DNA of 64,000 nucleotides from the human T2T-CHM13v2.0 reference genome, Homo sapiens, in assembly GCF_009914755.1 (NCBI RefSeq), contig NC_060937.1; one strand, given 5' to 3'. The notes under the pieces were generated by a model. The model worked only from the letters and a program-made list of their open reading frames with translations, was not told the DNA's origin and did not search any database. A program made the translations under genes and the position numbers. Positions 43,293-59,476 of the stretch are shown piece by piece. Position 1 is the first letter of the stretch, and every line of letters starts with the position of its first letter.

Positions 43293-45679
43293 TATCATAA
43301 GAAAAACAAATTCATTTCTATTTTATATCAAGACATTTTTACTTATTCATGAGCAAATACTATTGTTATATTTTAATGCAACTTGTATTATCATATTTTA
43401 AGACTTCCGATTTTTTAATTGACTTTTAAATAAAGTCACATGCTGCCTTATTATATTCATTGCATTCTCTCAGTGCATTTTATATGACTTAAATTCTAAG
43501 TTATATATAGGAGCCAATAAAAGCCTTTGCAAAAGCTTAATGTGTTCAATTGGCTGATTAATTTTTGAAGTTTTATATTAAGATGCAATTTTACCACAAG
43601 ATAGCAGACTTACTTATGAATTACTAAGTGCCTTTTAGAAATGAGTTTTGTTTTTTTTTTTTTTGGTACTCAGTTTGAGCCAGGAATTACATATACCCAT
43701 GCATATTGAGCACATATAAAATGAAATAATAACATTCATACTACTACTGTAACACTTTTTAATGGATTGAGTTCCTTTAATAAGAGATGAGCACTTCCCT
43801 TACTTTTTCCCATTACCCTTTTAATTTTCATATTTTCTTTTTCTTTTGTTTTTAATCTCTTAGCATTTATTCATTAACCAGTATTAACACAGGCATTGAT
43901 GTCAGTCATATCTGAGCTTCCATGTTTTCTCCACCAGCATTTACCTGTGTAACTTGGAAAAGTAATGTTGTCCCTATGCAATAAAAAATTATTTAAAATA
44001 GAAATAATTATAGATTCTAACTCAAGTGGCTAGGAGGAATATTGTAAAAATGGATAGAAAATATGTTTTACACACATATATAGCATTAATGTATTAATAT
44101 ATATTGAATACATTATGTATTAAAATTAATGTAAGAAAGCATCATCTTGTGTGTGATAAATAGGTCTTTCATACAACTTAGCAAATATTGATGATAGTGT
44201 TGAGGTGGGTAATCATTTTACAGACTCTTCCATGAGACAATAACTTGACATATACTACCCAATTCCATCTTAATGTCACTCTTTAAAGGTATTTCTTATG
44301 ACTATTTCATAGAAGAAGCTTAGAGCAGTAAATTGACATCCTGATGTCACATAGCTACAACATAATAAGCTAAGTTTTAAATCTATACTGTATTAAAAAT
44401 ACCATGCTATTTCCAAATGGTGAGGTATTTTCCATTAATTTAAATTAAATATCAGTATTATAAAGAAGAAAAACATTACACACACACACATATTCACATG
44501 CATATAGGATATCAGATGTGATGGGGTACTCACATTCCTCATTTAAGTGTTATGGAATAACAAAAAGACAGTTAATGCTAATACATATGTAGTTTCTGCA
44601 TTCTCTAAAGCATAATCTTATTGTTGTCATGGGGAGGAGCAGATAGCTCTTGCTATACTGGGATGATTTGATAGTCATGGGAGCAGTGCCTTCAAAAGAA
44701 ACTATTTTTTACTTGTGCTTTGGCATTGGAGGCAAACTCATGGAAGGGAGATCCACACATAGGGCACAATACTTTCTAAATGGGATAGTGTACATTTAAG
44801 CAGGAAGGGAATTGGGGTTGAGAAAATTGGAAGGATCAAACCAGAGACAGTGTGGTCTCTGGCAGACAAGCACAAACTGGTATCTCATGTCAGTGATGGG
44901 CAGCCAGGACTATTTTAAAATCAGAAATCCAAAAGACATTTGGAATTGAGGAAAGTCTCTCAGATATTAACAGGGATTTTACTACATGGTGGAGAACATA
45001 GTATTTTTGAAGGAGAATAGCAAGAATTATGGAGGTACTGAAAATAAATCACTGGAGCAATTTATTGGTATGGAGAATGAACACAAAAAAGGTCAATGAG
45101 ACCTCAATGACACCAGCAGAATGGGAGCATAAGATTGACACGAAAGTTGAGTAGATACAGTGTTAGTTAAAAGTCCTTGATTTATGCTTTCTTGAGCTAA
45201 TGTTTGGCCTGGAATCTGGGCCAGACAGATGCTGTCTATAGCCGGCCTCATTCTTCAATGAGAAAAATAAAATGGTCCCATTATTTTTCCATACACAAGC
45301 TATAAGTACTAAGCCTCAGACAGGTTACTTATCAAAAATAATTCCATCACCAATTCTTACCCCAGTAATCTGTGAGAGTTTTTAAAGCTCTGGCCTCTTA
45401 TGTGTTCAGGAAGAAAAATCTTTCAGGCTGTTCTGGAGTTTTCCCATTTTCCCCGCATTTGATATTTTTGTTGTCAGCCAACAATAGCCTTAGTCACAGC
45501 AAATTCTCTCTGCCATTTCTATTCTCCCATCTGAACCTAGAGGAGCACTCCGTTCTCTTCTGCAGTCCTCAATACAATCATGAATTCTCTCCTAATTCTC
45601 CAAAGCACAAGCTGATCTGTGGATATAACTTTTAATGAGTATATTCTTATAGTCCAATGAAGAATATAATGAAGAGTGT

Positions 45680-45860
45680 TCATTCCCCACCTCTTGCATG
45701 CATAAGAATCCTCTGGAGAGCTTATTATAACAAAGATTCCTAGAACCCACTATTAACAATTTTGATTTGATAGGGCTGGGTTGACTCCCAACATATTACA
45801 TTTCTAATAAGCTCCCAGATGATGCTTCTAGTCCACAGACTTTCCTCGGTGTAGTAAGGA
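45680..45860. mobile_element. MER5A-like hAT-Charlie MITE
   Basis: gcataagaatcctctggagagctt...catttctaataagctcccagatgatgct. Confidence 0.7.
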
Positions 45861-46229
45861 TAGAGAAAACCACAGCCCAAGCTAAGTGTCTTTTATAAGA
45901 CTATCTTGTTCTCTCACTTCAATCTACCCTTAAACTGGACAGGACCTGATGAGATCCCACTTCTAAAAAAACAATTTTCTCTCTTATTGATAATGCTAGA
46001 AAAAAACAGAGAAATATTTTGTCCTGAGAGTTCTCTTTCTACTTCATGCAAAGACTCTAACCCCAATGCTTCATGTATTGCCCCAAGATTATCATTTTCT
46101 AAAGATTAATTCTAATAGACTGTTTAATTTCCTTCAGGGAAACTCCTTTCTCTAAAGGATGCGATCTATTACTGTAGTTGAGTAAGACAGACACAGATAT
46201 TTTTGTCATTGATATAATTTTATTTCATT

Positions 46230-46460
46230 TATTTGAGTAAATACTTGTATAAGACTTACCATGTGCTTTTATGCATTATAAAAAGATTAATTCATCGAAT
46301 CTTCATAAATGCCTTACAAAGTAGATAATGCTATTAACCTTATTTTCAAATGTGGAAGATAAAATACAAAAGAGAGATTATAACTCCCAACCTCACATAA
46401 TAAATAAAAAATAATGTGGTCTGGTTCTAGATCCCATACCCTTAGCCACCACCTTATATT
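46230..46460 (-). mobile_element. MIR
   Basis: Degenerate antisense MIR (attcatcgaatcttcat...cttattttcaaatgtggaa). Confidence 0.6.
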
Positions 46461-47989
46461 CTCTTTCCATTTTGCACTGCAGCCACTCAAAATCTGTATT
46501 ATTTTTTCCAAGCTTATGTTATTGTGTTAGAAGGTAAGTGGAAAATTCATGTAGAATTTAGAATGGCAATGACATGAGAATCAGAGGACAAACTGGCAAA
46601 ACAAGAGGCAAGGCAGCAATTGGAAGTTGTATCTCTGGCAATATTAATACTGAGCTTTTCTTTGAAGGGGTCATTGTGACACAAGGTATAAAAAGAAAGA
46701 TGGATCTCAGCTTCAGCCACATGAATGTATGTAAGTAAGGCCAGAGAATGAAGTGTAAACTGCTTCTAGAAATGTAGGAATTACCTTGGGGTAGGGGGAG
46801 AATGGCTGTGGAGTCACAACAGGAGGAACCAGGGTCACAGATTCTGACCCAAGGGCTATGTGGACAGCAACTGTGGCCAACAAATTCCATCTTGGATTTC
46901 TAAATGAACTTCCCAAGGGAAGTCTGGATATGAAACTGCAGGTGCTAAAAGGGCAAAAGAAAAAGGGGAAACCAAGGAATACAGTTAAAGTGACTGGAAA
47001 GTGAAGGCAGAAAAGGAGCACGAATGGCCTCGGGTGAAAAAGAAGAATTTTCTGAACTTCTGTTTAGTCATCCCATGTGGCCTGTAGTTTGGGGTATTAA
47101 AAATTTGTTTTCTTGCCTTTAGCGTGTGGGAGAATGGAAGAAGAGAGTAAGATCTTTAACCTATTACAGAAAAACAGAGGGATGCTGACCCTTCCCTCTC
47201 CACTACCTCTGTATCTCCAGCATGTTTGTATTTCCCATCTATGAACTGAATGCCGTACTTTCAGACCTACTGCCTTTGCTTTCTAAATCTGGGCCATAAA
47301 ATGCTTGGCTGGATTTTATCTCCAGACATCATCCTCAACCACTATCATATGGCCCCACTTGAACAGATGTTGGAGTTATTCTGAGACTAATCTTGACTCG
47401 GTAAGTCCTCTTTTCTTAACTTTCGCTTGTCATTCATGGAAATGATTTATAATAAGTATTTTTAAGAAAGACAAGAAAAACACACGGATGGTAGATTCAG
47501 GACAACTCAAAAACCAAATATTTGAAACACAGGAAACTCTAATCAGCTCTTGTCCCTCCAGTACAACCTTGGGAAACAAAGACTATTGCACAGATGGAGT
47601 GTAGTAACAATGAAGATGGAAATTTCTTTACATAGAATTTCCAGCCATCATTCATGTACTTTTTCCATATCTATGCCTCCATTCTAGTTTTATTCCCCAA
47701 TTCCTAATATTATATGTCTACCAAATTGTTCTACCCTTATTGCATACTACATTTATTATATCGATGGCCATTCATTAACATTTTATATAATTTTACTGCA
47801 ATGTACATAGGTTTTGCCATCAAATACTGGCTCCATCACTTCTTTGCTTGTCTCTTTTCCATCTTCAATTTACTCACTTATAAAACGGGATGTGGTGAAT
47901 CTTACTTAGATTATTGTGGATTTTTAAGGGTAGTATGCATGATGCCATTTATTAAAGGGACAGACATAGAATGAGATATTGTTGGCCAA

Positions 47990-48270
47990 ATACCTGCGAC
48001 TTTTCTTCTCTTATTTGTGAATGCAATGTAAAGGGTTACGATGGCTATCTGGTGATGTGTGGTGTCATATCTGAGGACAATAACCAAGGATGCCAGTACT
48101 GACAGATAAGAGACAGCCTAGATATTGATGATGATATGTTTGAATTTTTGAACAAATCTTAGGCCAACCCATCTTAAAAGTTATAACATAAGCAAAAGGA
48201 ATTTCTATGATGCTGTAGCTACCGCTAGTTGGGTTTTCTGAATGTAGTCCAGATTCCTTCTCTGATAAGG
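47990..48270 (+). mobile_element. Old ERVL-type LTR fragment (LTR16/LTR33-like)
   Basis: Degenerate LTR 3' motifs (ttgatgatgatatgtttga, agttgggttttctg). Confidence 0.4.
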
Positions 48271-48782
48271 TTGAAAATAGAACTTGTTACTTCACAAGGC
48301 ATTAAACAAATGTGAACATGCAGTGAAAAACAGAGAGTATGGGCAGTGACTGTGGAATTATTTTTATCTGTAGTATAACTCATATTGTAATTACTTACCT
48401 AACTCCAAGGCTAAATAAGGCTTGTTAGTCAGCAGCGACTTTAGGCATGTAATGAGTAAGGGACTTATGACAGTGAATCAGCAGCTTAAACAACCATGAG
48501 AAGTGTTGAGGGTGAAGTGACAAGGAAAATCTCACCTGGATTTCAGAAAATCAAAAAAAGGGATCAAATCAAATTATATTTTTCACTTATTTATGCCAAT
48601 AATTTTTTTAGAAAACAGATGTTATAATCTTTACTAGCAAGATCAATCACCCAGCTGGTAGATTAATCTCTTTCATCATCTATTTCAATATTATGAGGAT
48701 TCCCAAATGACAAATAGCAATTTTAAATTCCAGTTCAGAGGGACTATTACTGTGACTACTCAATAAAATACTCAATATATGG

Positions 48783-49141
48783 TTTTATGGACTGTTTGTC
48801 CAAATTGATATGTTTAAATACTTACCACCGATGTGATGATATTAGGAGATGGGAGCTTCGGGAGGTAAAATTGCGTCATGAGGGTGAAGTCTTCATCAGT
48901 GTAATTTGTGCCATCATAAAAGAGACCACAGAGAATGCTCTAGCCCTCTCTCTATTGTGTGAGATAACAACGAGCAGTCAGCAGTCTGCAGCTTGACAGA
49001 TGGCCCTCACTCAAACCAGATAGCACTGGCACCTTTATCTCAGATTTCCAGAATATAGAACTGTGAGAAATAAATTTCTGTTGCTTACAAGCCACCTAGT
49101 CTATGGTACTTTTTTTATAGCAGGCCAAACCAACTAAGACA
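48783..49141 (+). mobile_element. MLT1A-type MaLR LTR
   Basis: tcatgagggtgaag...agaactgtgagaaataaatttctgttg...aactaagaca. Confidence 0.85.
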
Positions 49142-49144
49142 TAC

Positions 49145-49420
49145 GGAAACTAAAATTGTAAACCAGTAAAGCCCAGGTTGTAAGAAAAGCAAGAATTTTA
49201 GCCCCAAAATGGAAAAGAGCTACTCCTGTTTCCACCTCTTGAGTCTTTACCTGTGTGTTCTGGCTATGGGAGAAGCAGTACACATATTGGACGCAGGTTC
49301 TGAGCATACAAAACTTCAGCCCCATAGTGAGCCAGCATCGTATCTCATGGGACTGTGAGAATATCATGACAGATTGCCAGGGAGTTGATGCTGCTTAGAT
49401 ATTGTATGAGGGGCTACACT
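49145..49420 (-). mobile_element. Old ERVL-class integrase C-terminal fragment
   Basis: Reverse complement ccaatatgtgtactgcttctcccatagccag...caagaggtggaa aligns to HERV-L 16758-16822 in this window. Confidence 0.65.
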
Positions 49421-49564
49421 GATTTGTTTCAGCAAGGAAACTACTAATTGACTAACTTTATTATCATTGCACACTCCATAGTTCATCTGTCATACAAATG
49501 GTCAAAATTCATGAGTCAAATGAGGGCATAATATGAATCCTAACACCCGCATCTTTTCTGTAAC

Positions 49565-49850
49565 ATTTTTATTGTAAAATATAACACAAATACTACATAT
49601 AGAAAAATGCACCTATATAATCAAGATTCAGGCCAAAATGGAGCATTTGTAGCACGTAGCACCTTATATATTTTCTACGTGACCCTATCCCCCACCAAAG
49701 GTAACCAACATTCCGACTTTTATGGAAATAAATTCTTTGTTTGTATTTATAATTTTACCTCTCAGAAATGTATCTCTAAAAATTATGCTTCAGGTTTTTT
49801 CTAATATTTTAAATTTTACTAATACAGTCTCTTGATTACTGTTTGTATGG
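49565..49850 (-). mobile_element. L1ME 3' end fragment
   Basis: ttttattgtaaaatataac...aaaggtaaccaacattccgactttt. Confidence 0.55.
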
Positions 49851-50370
49851 AATAAATATTTTCACTTTTATTTTTAATGGATGTGTATCCTTATATTTTA
49901 GATGTGCCTGTAGTTGGAAATGTATTTCCAACCTGAAAATGTCATTTTTCAGAGTATTTAAAGCATCTTTTTTTAAAAGCACTGATGTACAAGTATCCAT
50001 CACTAGCTGAATGTATTAACTACTTATTTTAGATAATAAATGATGAGAGTTAACATCATAGTGATGCAGATAACAAAAGATAGCTCAGCAACTTATCTAA
50101 ATGTAGAAGGATCCTAAGGTTTCATAGCAAGTCTGAGTATCAAAGATTCAAATGGTGCTCAGATTTACTTGGTTTGAACTTACTTTTAAAATAAGAGGTC
50201 TTCCTGTCTTAACAGTTTTATGTTTCTATCTTCTTTGCACTTTGTTTCAGACTAATTTGGTTTGTCTTTTCAAAGCTAATTAAGATATTAGCTCTAGATT
50301 TTTAATTAATGAAGTTTATTAGGTTGATTTTTTTTTTCTATTCTTAGATTTCTAAGAGTATGAGTTTTTA

Positions 50371-50658
50371 GGCTGGGCGCGGTGGCTCACGCCAGTAATC
50401 CCAGCAGTTTGGGAGGCCAAGTAAAGCAGATCACCTGATGTCAGGAGTTCAAGACCAGCCTGGCCAACATGGCAAAACCGCATCTCCACTAAAAATACAA
50501 AAATTAGCTGGGTATGGTGGCAGGTGCCTGTAATCCCAGCTACTCGGGAGGCAGAGGCTGTAGTGAGCTGAGATTGCATCACTGCACTCCAGCCTGGGTG
50601 ACAGAGCAAGACTCCATCTCAAAAACAAAACAAAACAAACAAAAACACGAAAAACAAA
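50371..50658 (+). mobile_element. AluS with ~30-bp right-arm deletion
   Basis: tactcgggaggcagagg joins the two GGGAGGC repeats; TSD aagagtatgWgtttt. Confidence 0.93.
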
Positions 50659-50729
50659 AGAGTATGTGTTTTTGTTTTTTGTCTTTTAAAAATCATGAAT
50701 GAGTACTGAGTTTTTAAAATAAATTTTCT

Positions 50730-52560
<1,831 letters not shown>

Positions 52561-52624
52561 CTCCATGATTATGTCCTATTATTTGTTTGTATTGCTACTA
52601 TTTTTTATAGTTTTAATGATTTCT

Positions 52625-53215
52625 ATAGTTCAGCAAACAGAATACTGGCCACTCAGAGATGACCATACACTAATTCCCAGAACTTATGAGTGTGTTAATT
52701 TACATGGCAGTAGAGATTTCCCAGATGATATTAAAGTCAAGAATGAAGAGATAGGGAAATTATTCTGGATTATCCAAGTAGGCCCAATCTAACTACAGGA
52801 GTCCTTAATGTAGGAGACATTTTCCCATGAGGATCAGAGAGAAAGCTGCAACAAGGAAAGAGGAATCAGAGACAGGCAGCCTGAGAAGGGCTCAGCTCAC
52901 TTTTGCTGGCCCTGAGCATGCAGGAAAGAAGTCTTGGGCCAAGAGACTGGGGATGGCCCTCTGATGACAGCCAGCAAGAAAATGGGGTCCTTCATTCTGT
53001 AACCACAAGTAACTAAGTTCTGCCAACAACCTGAGTAAGCAAGAATGGATTCTTCCTTAGACCTCTAGAAAGAAATACAGTCTAGTTGACAAATTGATCT
53101 TAGTTTATAATACTGTGTAGGACTGCTGTCTTACAGAAATGTCCAATCATATTAGGTGTGCTGGTTTAAGCCCCTAAGTTTGTAATTTGTTATGGGAACC
53201 ACAGAAGACTAATAC
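52625..53215 (+). mobile_element. MLT1D/E-type LTR
   Basis: ttattctggattatcc...ggcccaatctaa; gacagccagcaagaaaatgggg; ends gactaatac. Confidence 0.8.
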
Positions 53216-53294
53216 TTATAGAATTTGCAACATGCATTTTAAATCTAATCACAGTTTACTTTCAAATGATATTACAACACTTTACAAGTAAAAT

Positions 53295-53733
53295 AATACC
53301 CTTCATATCTTCCCCAAATTCATGTCCACCAGGAATCTCAAAATATAACCTTACTATAAAATAGTCTTTGCAGATGTTCTTAATTAAAGATCTCCAGATG
53401 AAATTATCTTGAATTAGGATGGGCCCTAAATCCAACCACTGGCATCCATTTAAAAAGAAGAGAAGACATAGAGAAGAACTCTATGTGGAGACAGAAGCAG
53501 AAATGGAAATTATTATGTAAGGCAACAATCCAAGGCATATTAAGGATTGCTGGGAGTCACCTGTAGCTAGGAGGAGACACTGGGGGTTTTCACCTAGAGC
53601 TTTCAGAAAGGAAGATGGCTCTGATGTCATCTTCACTTTGGACTTCTAGTCCCCAGAATTGTGAGAAAGTGTCTGTAGTTTTAAGCCACCAAGTTTTCAG
53701 TACTTAGTTATGGCAACCCTAGAAAACTAATAT
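53295..53733 (+). mobile_element. MLT1C-type LTR
   Basis: aaattcatgtccacc...gggccctaaatccaa...gttatggcaaccctagaaaactaata. Confidence 0.8.
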
Positions 53734-53736
53734 AAT

Positions 53737-54795
53737 CTGCTAGTTCAATAAGATGTGTGACATCGATTATATGTGGATCACAGTTGAATCACCCAATTAA
53801 GCCAAATTAAATTTTTGATCAAAACTTGTGAGCAAAATATAATAGTTTATTTGAACCCCTAAGTTTTGGGAGAGTTTGTTTTGCAACAATAGATGAGTTG
53901 TAAATGAGTTGTTTCTAAACCAATAGCATCTCAATAGATAAGATGGAAACCTCATAGCAATCTAAGTGAATGAGAATGGAAATTAGTTGCTTCCATACCA
54001 ATAGCGTAAAACAAGTGGAACTGATTTTGGGATGAAACAGCAGGCAGAATTTGGAAGAGCCTTAAGGATACAGTTGGTAAGGACTTGAATGGCAGTGAGG
54101 AAAATGTTATTGGAAGTTGGAGAAAGAAGATGCTTGCAATAATGGAATATTTTCTTAGAATCTGGAATGGTTACCTAATTAACTCGGGGGAAATGAGAAC
54201 AAGAAGTTCTCAAATAAAGTAACAGCATCAGGCAAATATCAAATCCAGAGCATAAAGATATAGTTTAAAGGTAAAGAAGTCAAGGATGGCGTCTCATAGA
54301 CTGTCTGACGTGCACAAGCTTTCTAAGGATCATAATTGTGAAAGACCAGCTCTGTTAATTAACAAAGATTAACGATTTAAGAATCTTAAAGGAGTCATGT
54401 CATGTCGTCATAGATTTCAGCAGTCCTAAGGTATAGAAGTGCTTGTTTGAATTACACTGTGTGCTTAATTTTGTTTAGAGAAGTGTTATTATAATTTGAT
54501 ATACACAGAGCTGCCAATATTTTAAAAGAAATTATACCAAATTGGACTATAAAATGACAAAGTCTGTTCAAAAACAAGAGGCTTTTGTTTCCATGACCAG
54601 CAGATAAAATATAAAGTAAAAATTATGTAGCTGAAAAAAAAAAAGAACCAAAAACTATGGCAAATCATTTTTAGGCAGTAGAACTGGGTCCTAATTAAGG
54701 AACTGGCAGTATGTACTGGGCAGGAATTCAGAACTGCTGTGAATCACTGGCTGCTATGGTCATCTTCGTTTCCTTCTTGTTGAGTGGGACTGCCA
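53737..54795 (+). mobile_element. Old MLT1 (H/J-type) LTR end plus MLT1-int
   Basis: ctaagttttgggagagtttgttttgcaacaatagat, then gaggaaaatgttattggaagttggagaaag and ggaattcagaactgctgtg MaLR-int motifs. Confidence 0.6.
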
Positions 54796-55749
54796 TCATT
54801 CTCAATTTCAAGTTAATATTTCCATTTCAAAATTAACATGAAGACTTTTTCTTAACTTATTCTATGTTTTAAGTCCTTTTTCTATTATTATAAAAATTTT
54901 AGCTTCCAAAAAAAGGCTTAGCTCTTTATAACTTAGTGCATTTGTTGTTTTTATTATAAAAGTATAACTATATTCAAACATAAAATACCATTATTGCTTC
55001 TAGAAATAAAGTTCCTTGAAGAAATTTAGCATTTCTCTGCAGTTGTTTTGGGGCATAGAATATATCCTAGTAACAAGATAGCTGTACTCAAATTTTACTT
55101 AAAAAATATTTTCTACTTGGTTATATTGCAATTTGATTTACCTTTTTGTACAGTTTTAGGATTTGCTTTTGTTCTCAAGTAATGTTTATTTTTCAAATAG
55201 GTAAATTATTTGCAAGGCTCAAAATCAAGGCTATCTTACAATTGAGAAATCTTGACCCTATTCCTATTGTCTCCACCCACTCAACACCATTAGGTAACTA
55301 TTTTGAAAAGTTTCTAGTTTACTTTTCTATATACGGATTACCTAAAATAAGTGCTTGCACATGTGTGTTTGTGTAAACACATATATTTGTGTGCGTGTAT
55401 ATATGCACATGCTCTTATCAAAAAAGAAAACCTGAATTTAATGTTCAAATTTAGAACATTTATAGGTATATCTTTAGATATCGATTTCTTTTTTCTAAAG
55501 GGAATTAGGTGATAATTTAGGTAAATATTTTGCCATAGCTTGTCATGTGCTAACACTACAAGAATCTTATTTTCTGATTAATAGATTATTACTACTTTCA
55601 TATCTAACCCTACAAGACAACTAGTCTAAGATTTTTAAATATCTGCTTCCTGGAAAACAATTTGTTTAAAAATTGCATTAATGAAGATTCTAAACATAGT
55701 CTTTTATTTGTTTTTTAAATAAACACTTTAAATATTTAAGGATGCATTA

Positions 55750-57162
55750 TAGCAATTTTCAAACATTTGGTCTCTTAAATTTATTACAGCCTTGAAAAAT
55801 AGACTTAAAGATTTTAAAGAACCTTAATGCTATGAGTTATTTCTACCTATGTTTACTGTTAGAAAAAAAAACCTGAAAATTTTTAAAACATTTTATTCAC
55901 TTATAAATAACAAAAATAAATCCATCGCATGTCAACATGAAAATGTATTTTTTGAGAACAATAACTGAATTTTCCAAAACCAAAACGTAAATTAATGAGG
56001 AGTGGTATCACTCAGTATTTTTGCAGATCATTTTAATGTCTAGACAAAAGGCATCTAGCTTTTCACGTTTCTTCTGCATTCAATATCTTACAATATGTTA
56101 TTAATATTTTTGTTGAAGTATATCAAGAAAATTTGACTTAACAAAAATATCTAGCTGAAAAAGGTAGAAGCATTATAATAATTTTCAGATAATTATGAAT
56201 ATTCTTCTTTGGTACTATACCAAAACTTGACAGGTGGTAGTTTCTTAAAAGTTTGGCTGTAATGTGGAATCTAAGAACATAACAATGAATTTTTGTATCA
56301 TTTTACATTAAAATTCATTGACTTATCTTGAACTTCGAAAGCATATTTTCTGTATACATGCTTATGTATCTTAATGCATTGGTCATTTGACATATGTTGG
56401 TTCACTAAGTTACAAATATGTTCTAGAAGTTGATACACTTCATTATTTGATATAAAAATATTATTGCCAATCTCAATAGAAGATTCTTAAATATTGCAAA
56501 TCTGTCAAGGTTTGGTGGTCAATACCAGCTTCATAAAATTACAATTTTTCCTAGAAGATTGGATTTTATAAATGGTCATGCGTACTATCATTGTTCTTGA
56601 AGTGGCTGGCTTATGTAGTTCATTTACAGAAAACTGTGTAACACCCAAATCAATCTGAAGAGCCATAGTTTGTCTGTCAGTCATTCCTTTAAATGAAATT
56701 GGTATTCTGTGAATAAAAGCAACTATTTCAGTTTATGAGCCAGTCACAAAAAATGTTTTTCCTTAAAACAACCATTGCAGTTTTATAAGAATTTTCCTTT
56801 TCGTCACAAATAATTTTTTTAAAGCACTCCGGAATAGAGATATAACACAATTAATATTTTCACTGCTTTTTCAAGGACATTCTTAAGTAAAACTGGCTCT
56901 CTACACTCCCAACCCCAGTGAGTTCATGGTAGTGCAGAATATAATAACTACTAATTCAAGTTGGAAAGACTGCCTTCATTGATGTCAAAATATAAGCAAT
57001 TTTATCCACATTGATTTCATAACAGTGCATTGTCAACACACAGTAAAAAAAAAAGGGTAATATTGTCTTAACGTTTGTATGAAAATGATCTTGACCTTGT
57101 GAACTCCCTGAAAGTTCTCAAAGGGCTCCGGAATTGCTGAAACAATGTTATGAAATCCAATG
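55750..57162. mobile_element. Charlie1-family hAT transposon (Charlie1a-like, ~1.4 kb)
   Basis: tttggtctc start; ccaaaacttgacaggtggtagtttcttaaa; ttgaccttgtgaactccctgaaag near the other end. Confidence 0.8.
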
Positions 57163-58589
57163 ATGCACTGATTATTTTGTGTATATGTATTTCAAATGCA
57201 GTCTGCATCTGTGCACTTTTTAATTTCAAAGTTTTCCTTGATGATTTATTTGTGGCTTAATGTCTCACAAAGGTAATAATTCTGAACGTCATTACCATTA
57301 TCTGTCCTGAATACGACTTCTATAGATCACTTAATTTGTTCATCCCAATTATTTCTAATCTGTAAAAACTAAATTGCTTATGCTTAATTTGAAGGTGTTA
57401 TTTATTACTGCAGTAGAGTGAAATGCTGTTATTTTAAAACAGAAATTTAGAGTTTAGAGAAGCAAGACTAAATGTTTCAAGTGTTCCTACCTGAAATAAA
57501 AATTAATTTATTTACTGTCTTTACTGTATTAAGTCCATAACTCTCTTATAGATCAAAGTTTTCTTTACATTTAATTATATATTATTCTTGCTGTATTTAC
57601 TCATATAAAGGACAAAACAATGGAAAACATTTTGATACTATTTTTAACAAAATGCTTATGAAAATTAAATCCCTAGGTGTATATTTCTCTAACATTTGTC
57701 TGTGAAGATATGTTACTGATTTTTTATTTTGTTTCTTATTAGTATCTATGCTCTTCATAAGGATCTGGTTCAACTGAATAAACATATGAGAAGAAAGTTC
57801 AGGAGAGATTTATTACACTGTTCTATTCACCTTGATCACAAGTTATTTCTGCATAAGATGGTTATCTTCCCATTTCCTTTGTTAATGGGAAATATACTGT
57901 AATTTTTTTATATGATGGTTTGGTTTTCATATTTTATTTATTTAATAAATTAATGTTATGCTATCATTCAATTATTTTTCAAATCTATTTATAGAAATTC
58001 ACATTCTGGGGTTTTAAAATCTAAAAATTGGTTTCCAGAAAACATTTAGAATAAACTTTTTGATCTTTCACTGTAATAATCATATGCTTTAATAAACATT
58101 AGTAATAATAATAAGATTTGATATACTATAAAACAAACATGTTCCTTAAATCTTTGTTCATAAATTTTAAAATACCTATATTTGTACTCTAAGGCACAGC
58201 AAAGTGATTCAAAATAAACTTCATTTTATGACTACATTTTCATCCATACTCTGCTCATATCTAAGGCTAGTAATAAATTATTAAGAAATAATTAATTGTG
58301 TTTTGCTCTGGATTGTTCAGAGACCAGAATATGTGAGAAATATTCTTCTATCCGAAGTCCCACCCAGGTATATCAGGAAGCCAAATCACAAGGCCAGAAC
58401 TTTTTAAAGACCTTTTTAAAGGAATGTGTGTACTAGGTAGGGAGGCCCTAACGATATCTTCTTTAGCTCCTTTCATTATATGTTGGCATGGGAAGACTAA
58501 GGCAAAGATTTACATGGTCATATTTAATATAGAAGGAAGCACTTGATCATCTCCCCAAGGAACCTATTGTATTCTTCTTAACTTTTTTT

Positions 58590-59365
58590 TTGTCTTAGTT
58601 CTACTTTAGTGTTGACTTCTACGTTGCTTTACGTGTACATTTCAACAAGTATTCGTAAATTTATAAAGTTTTCCACTATCACAATCCAGTTTTAGTACAT
58701 TCACATCAACTTTCAAAAATTCCTCATGTTCATTTGCAATCTATCTCTGTTCTCTTGCCAGCTCTAGGTTACCACTTATCTGCTTTCTATCTATAAGTTT
58801 GACTTTTGCAACAATCTCATATAAATACATTCATGTAAAATGCAGTCATTTATGTTTGGCTACTTTTGCTTAACATGTTTCTGAGATAAAACTGTGTTGT
58901 TTCCCGGGTCAGAAAAGTGCTCATTTTTCTACTGAGCAGTATTCCACTCTATGAAATACACATTTTGCTAATTTATTTGCCAGTTGAAGGACATTGTTGT
59001 TTGCAGTTTGAGGCTATAATGAATTAAGATGCTATGCACACTTGAATGAAGTCTTTTGTGGAAATGTTTTCATGCCCCTCAGGTGAAAACTTAGGGGTTA
59101 AATTGGTGCATCATATGGTACGCACATGTTAAATGTTTCAAAAAACCAAGATTTTTCCAAGTAGCTGTAACATTTTACATTTCTACCAGCAATACATGAG
59201 AATTCCAATTTCTCTACAGCCTCACAAATACTCGGTACTATAAGTCTTTTATTTAATTTTTTCTTAAAATAATTTAGCCATTTTAGTATGTGTGAAGATA
59301 TATCTCACTGTGGTTTTAATTTGCATTTACCTAATAATTAATTATTTTTATTATCTTTTCATAGG
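58590..59365 (-). mobile_element. L1MB-type 3' fragment
   Basis: cacaatccagttttag...ttttacatttctaccagcaatacatgag...ctcactgtggttttaatttgcattt. Confidence 0.8.
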
Positions 59366-59384
59366 CCGGGAGATGGATAGAGAA

Positions 59385-59429
59385 ATAGATAGCTAGAGAA
59401 ATAGATAGATTAGATGATAGGTGATAGAT

Positions 59430-59476
<47 letters not shown>

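Noticed and set aside
44610-45240. Purine-rich block resembling an ancient LTR (also 30420-31060, 46520-47150, 21700-22300)
   Set aside because: Probably very old repeats, but no family could be assigned by eye.
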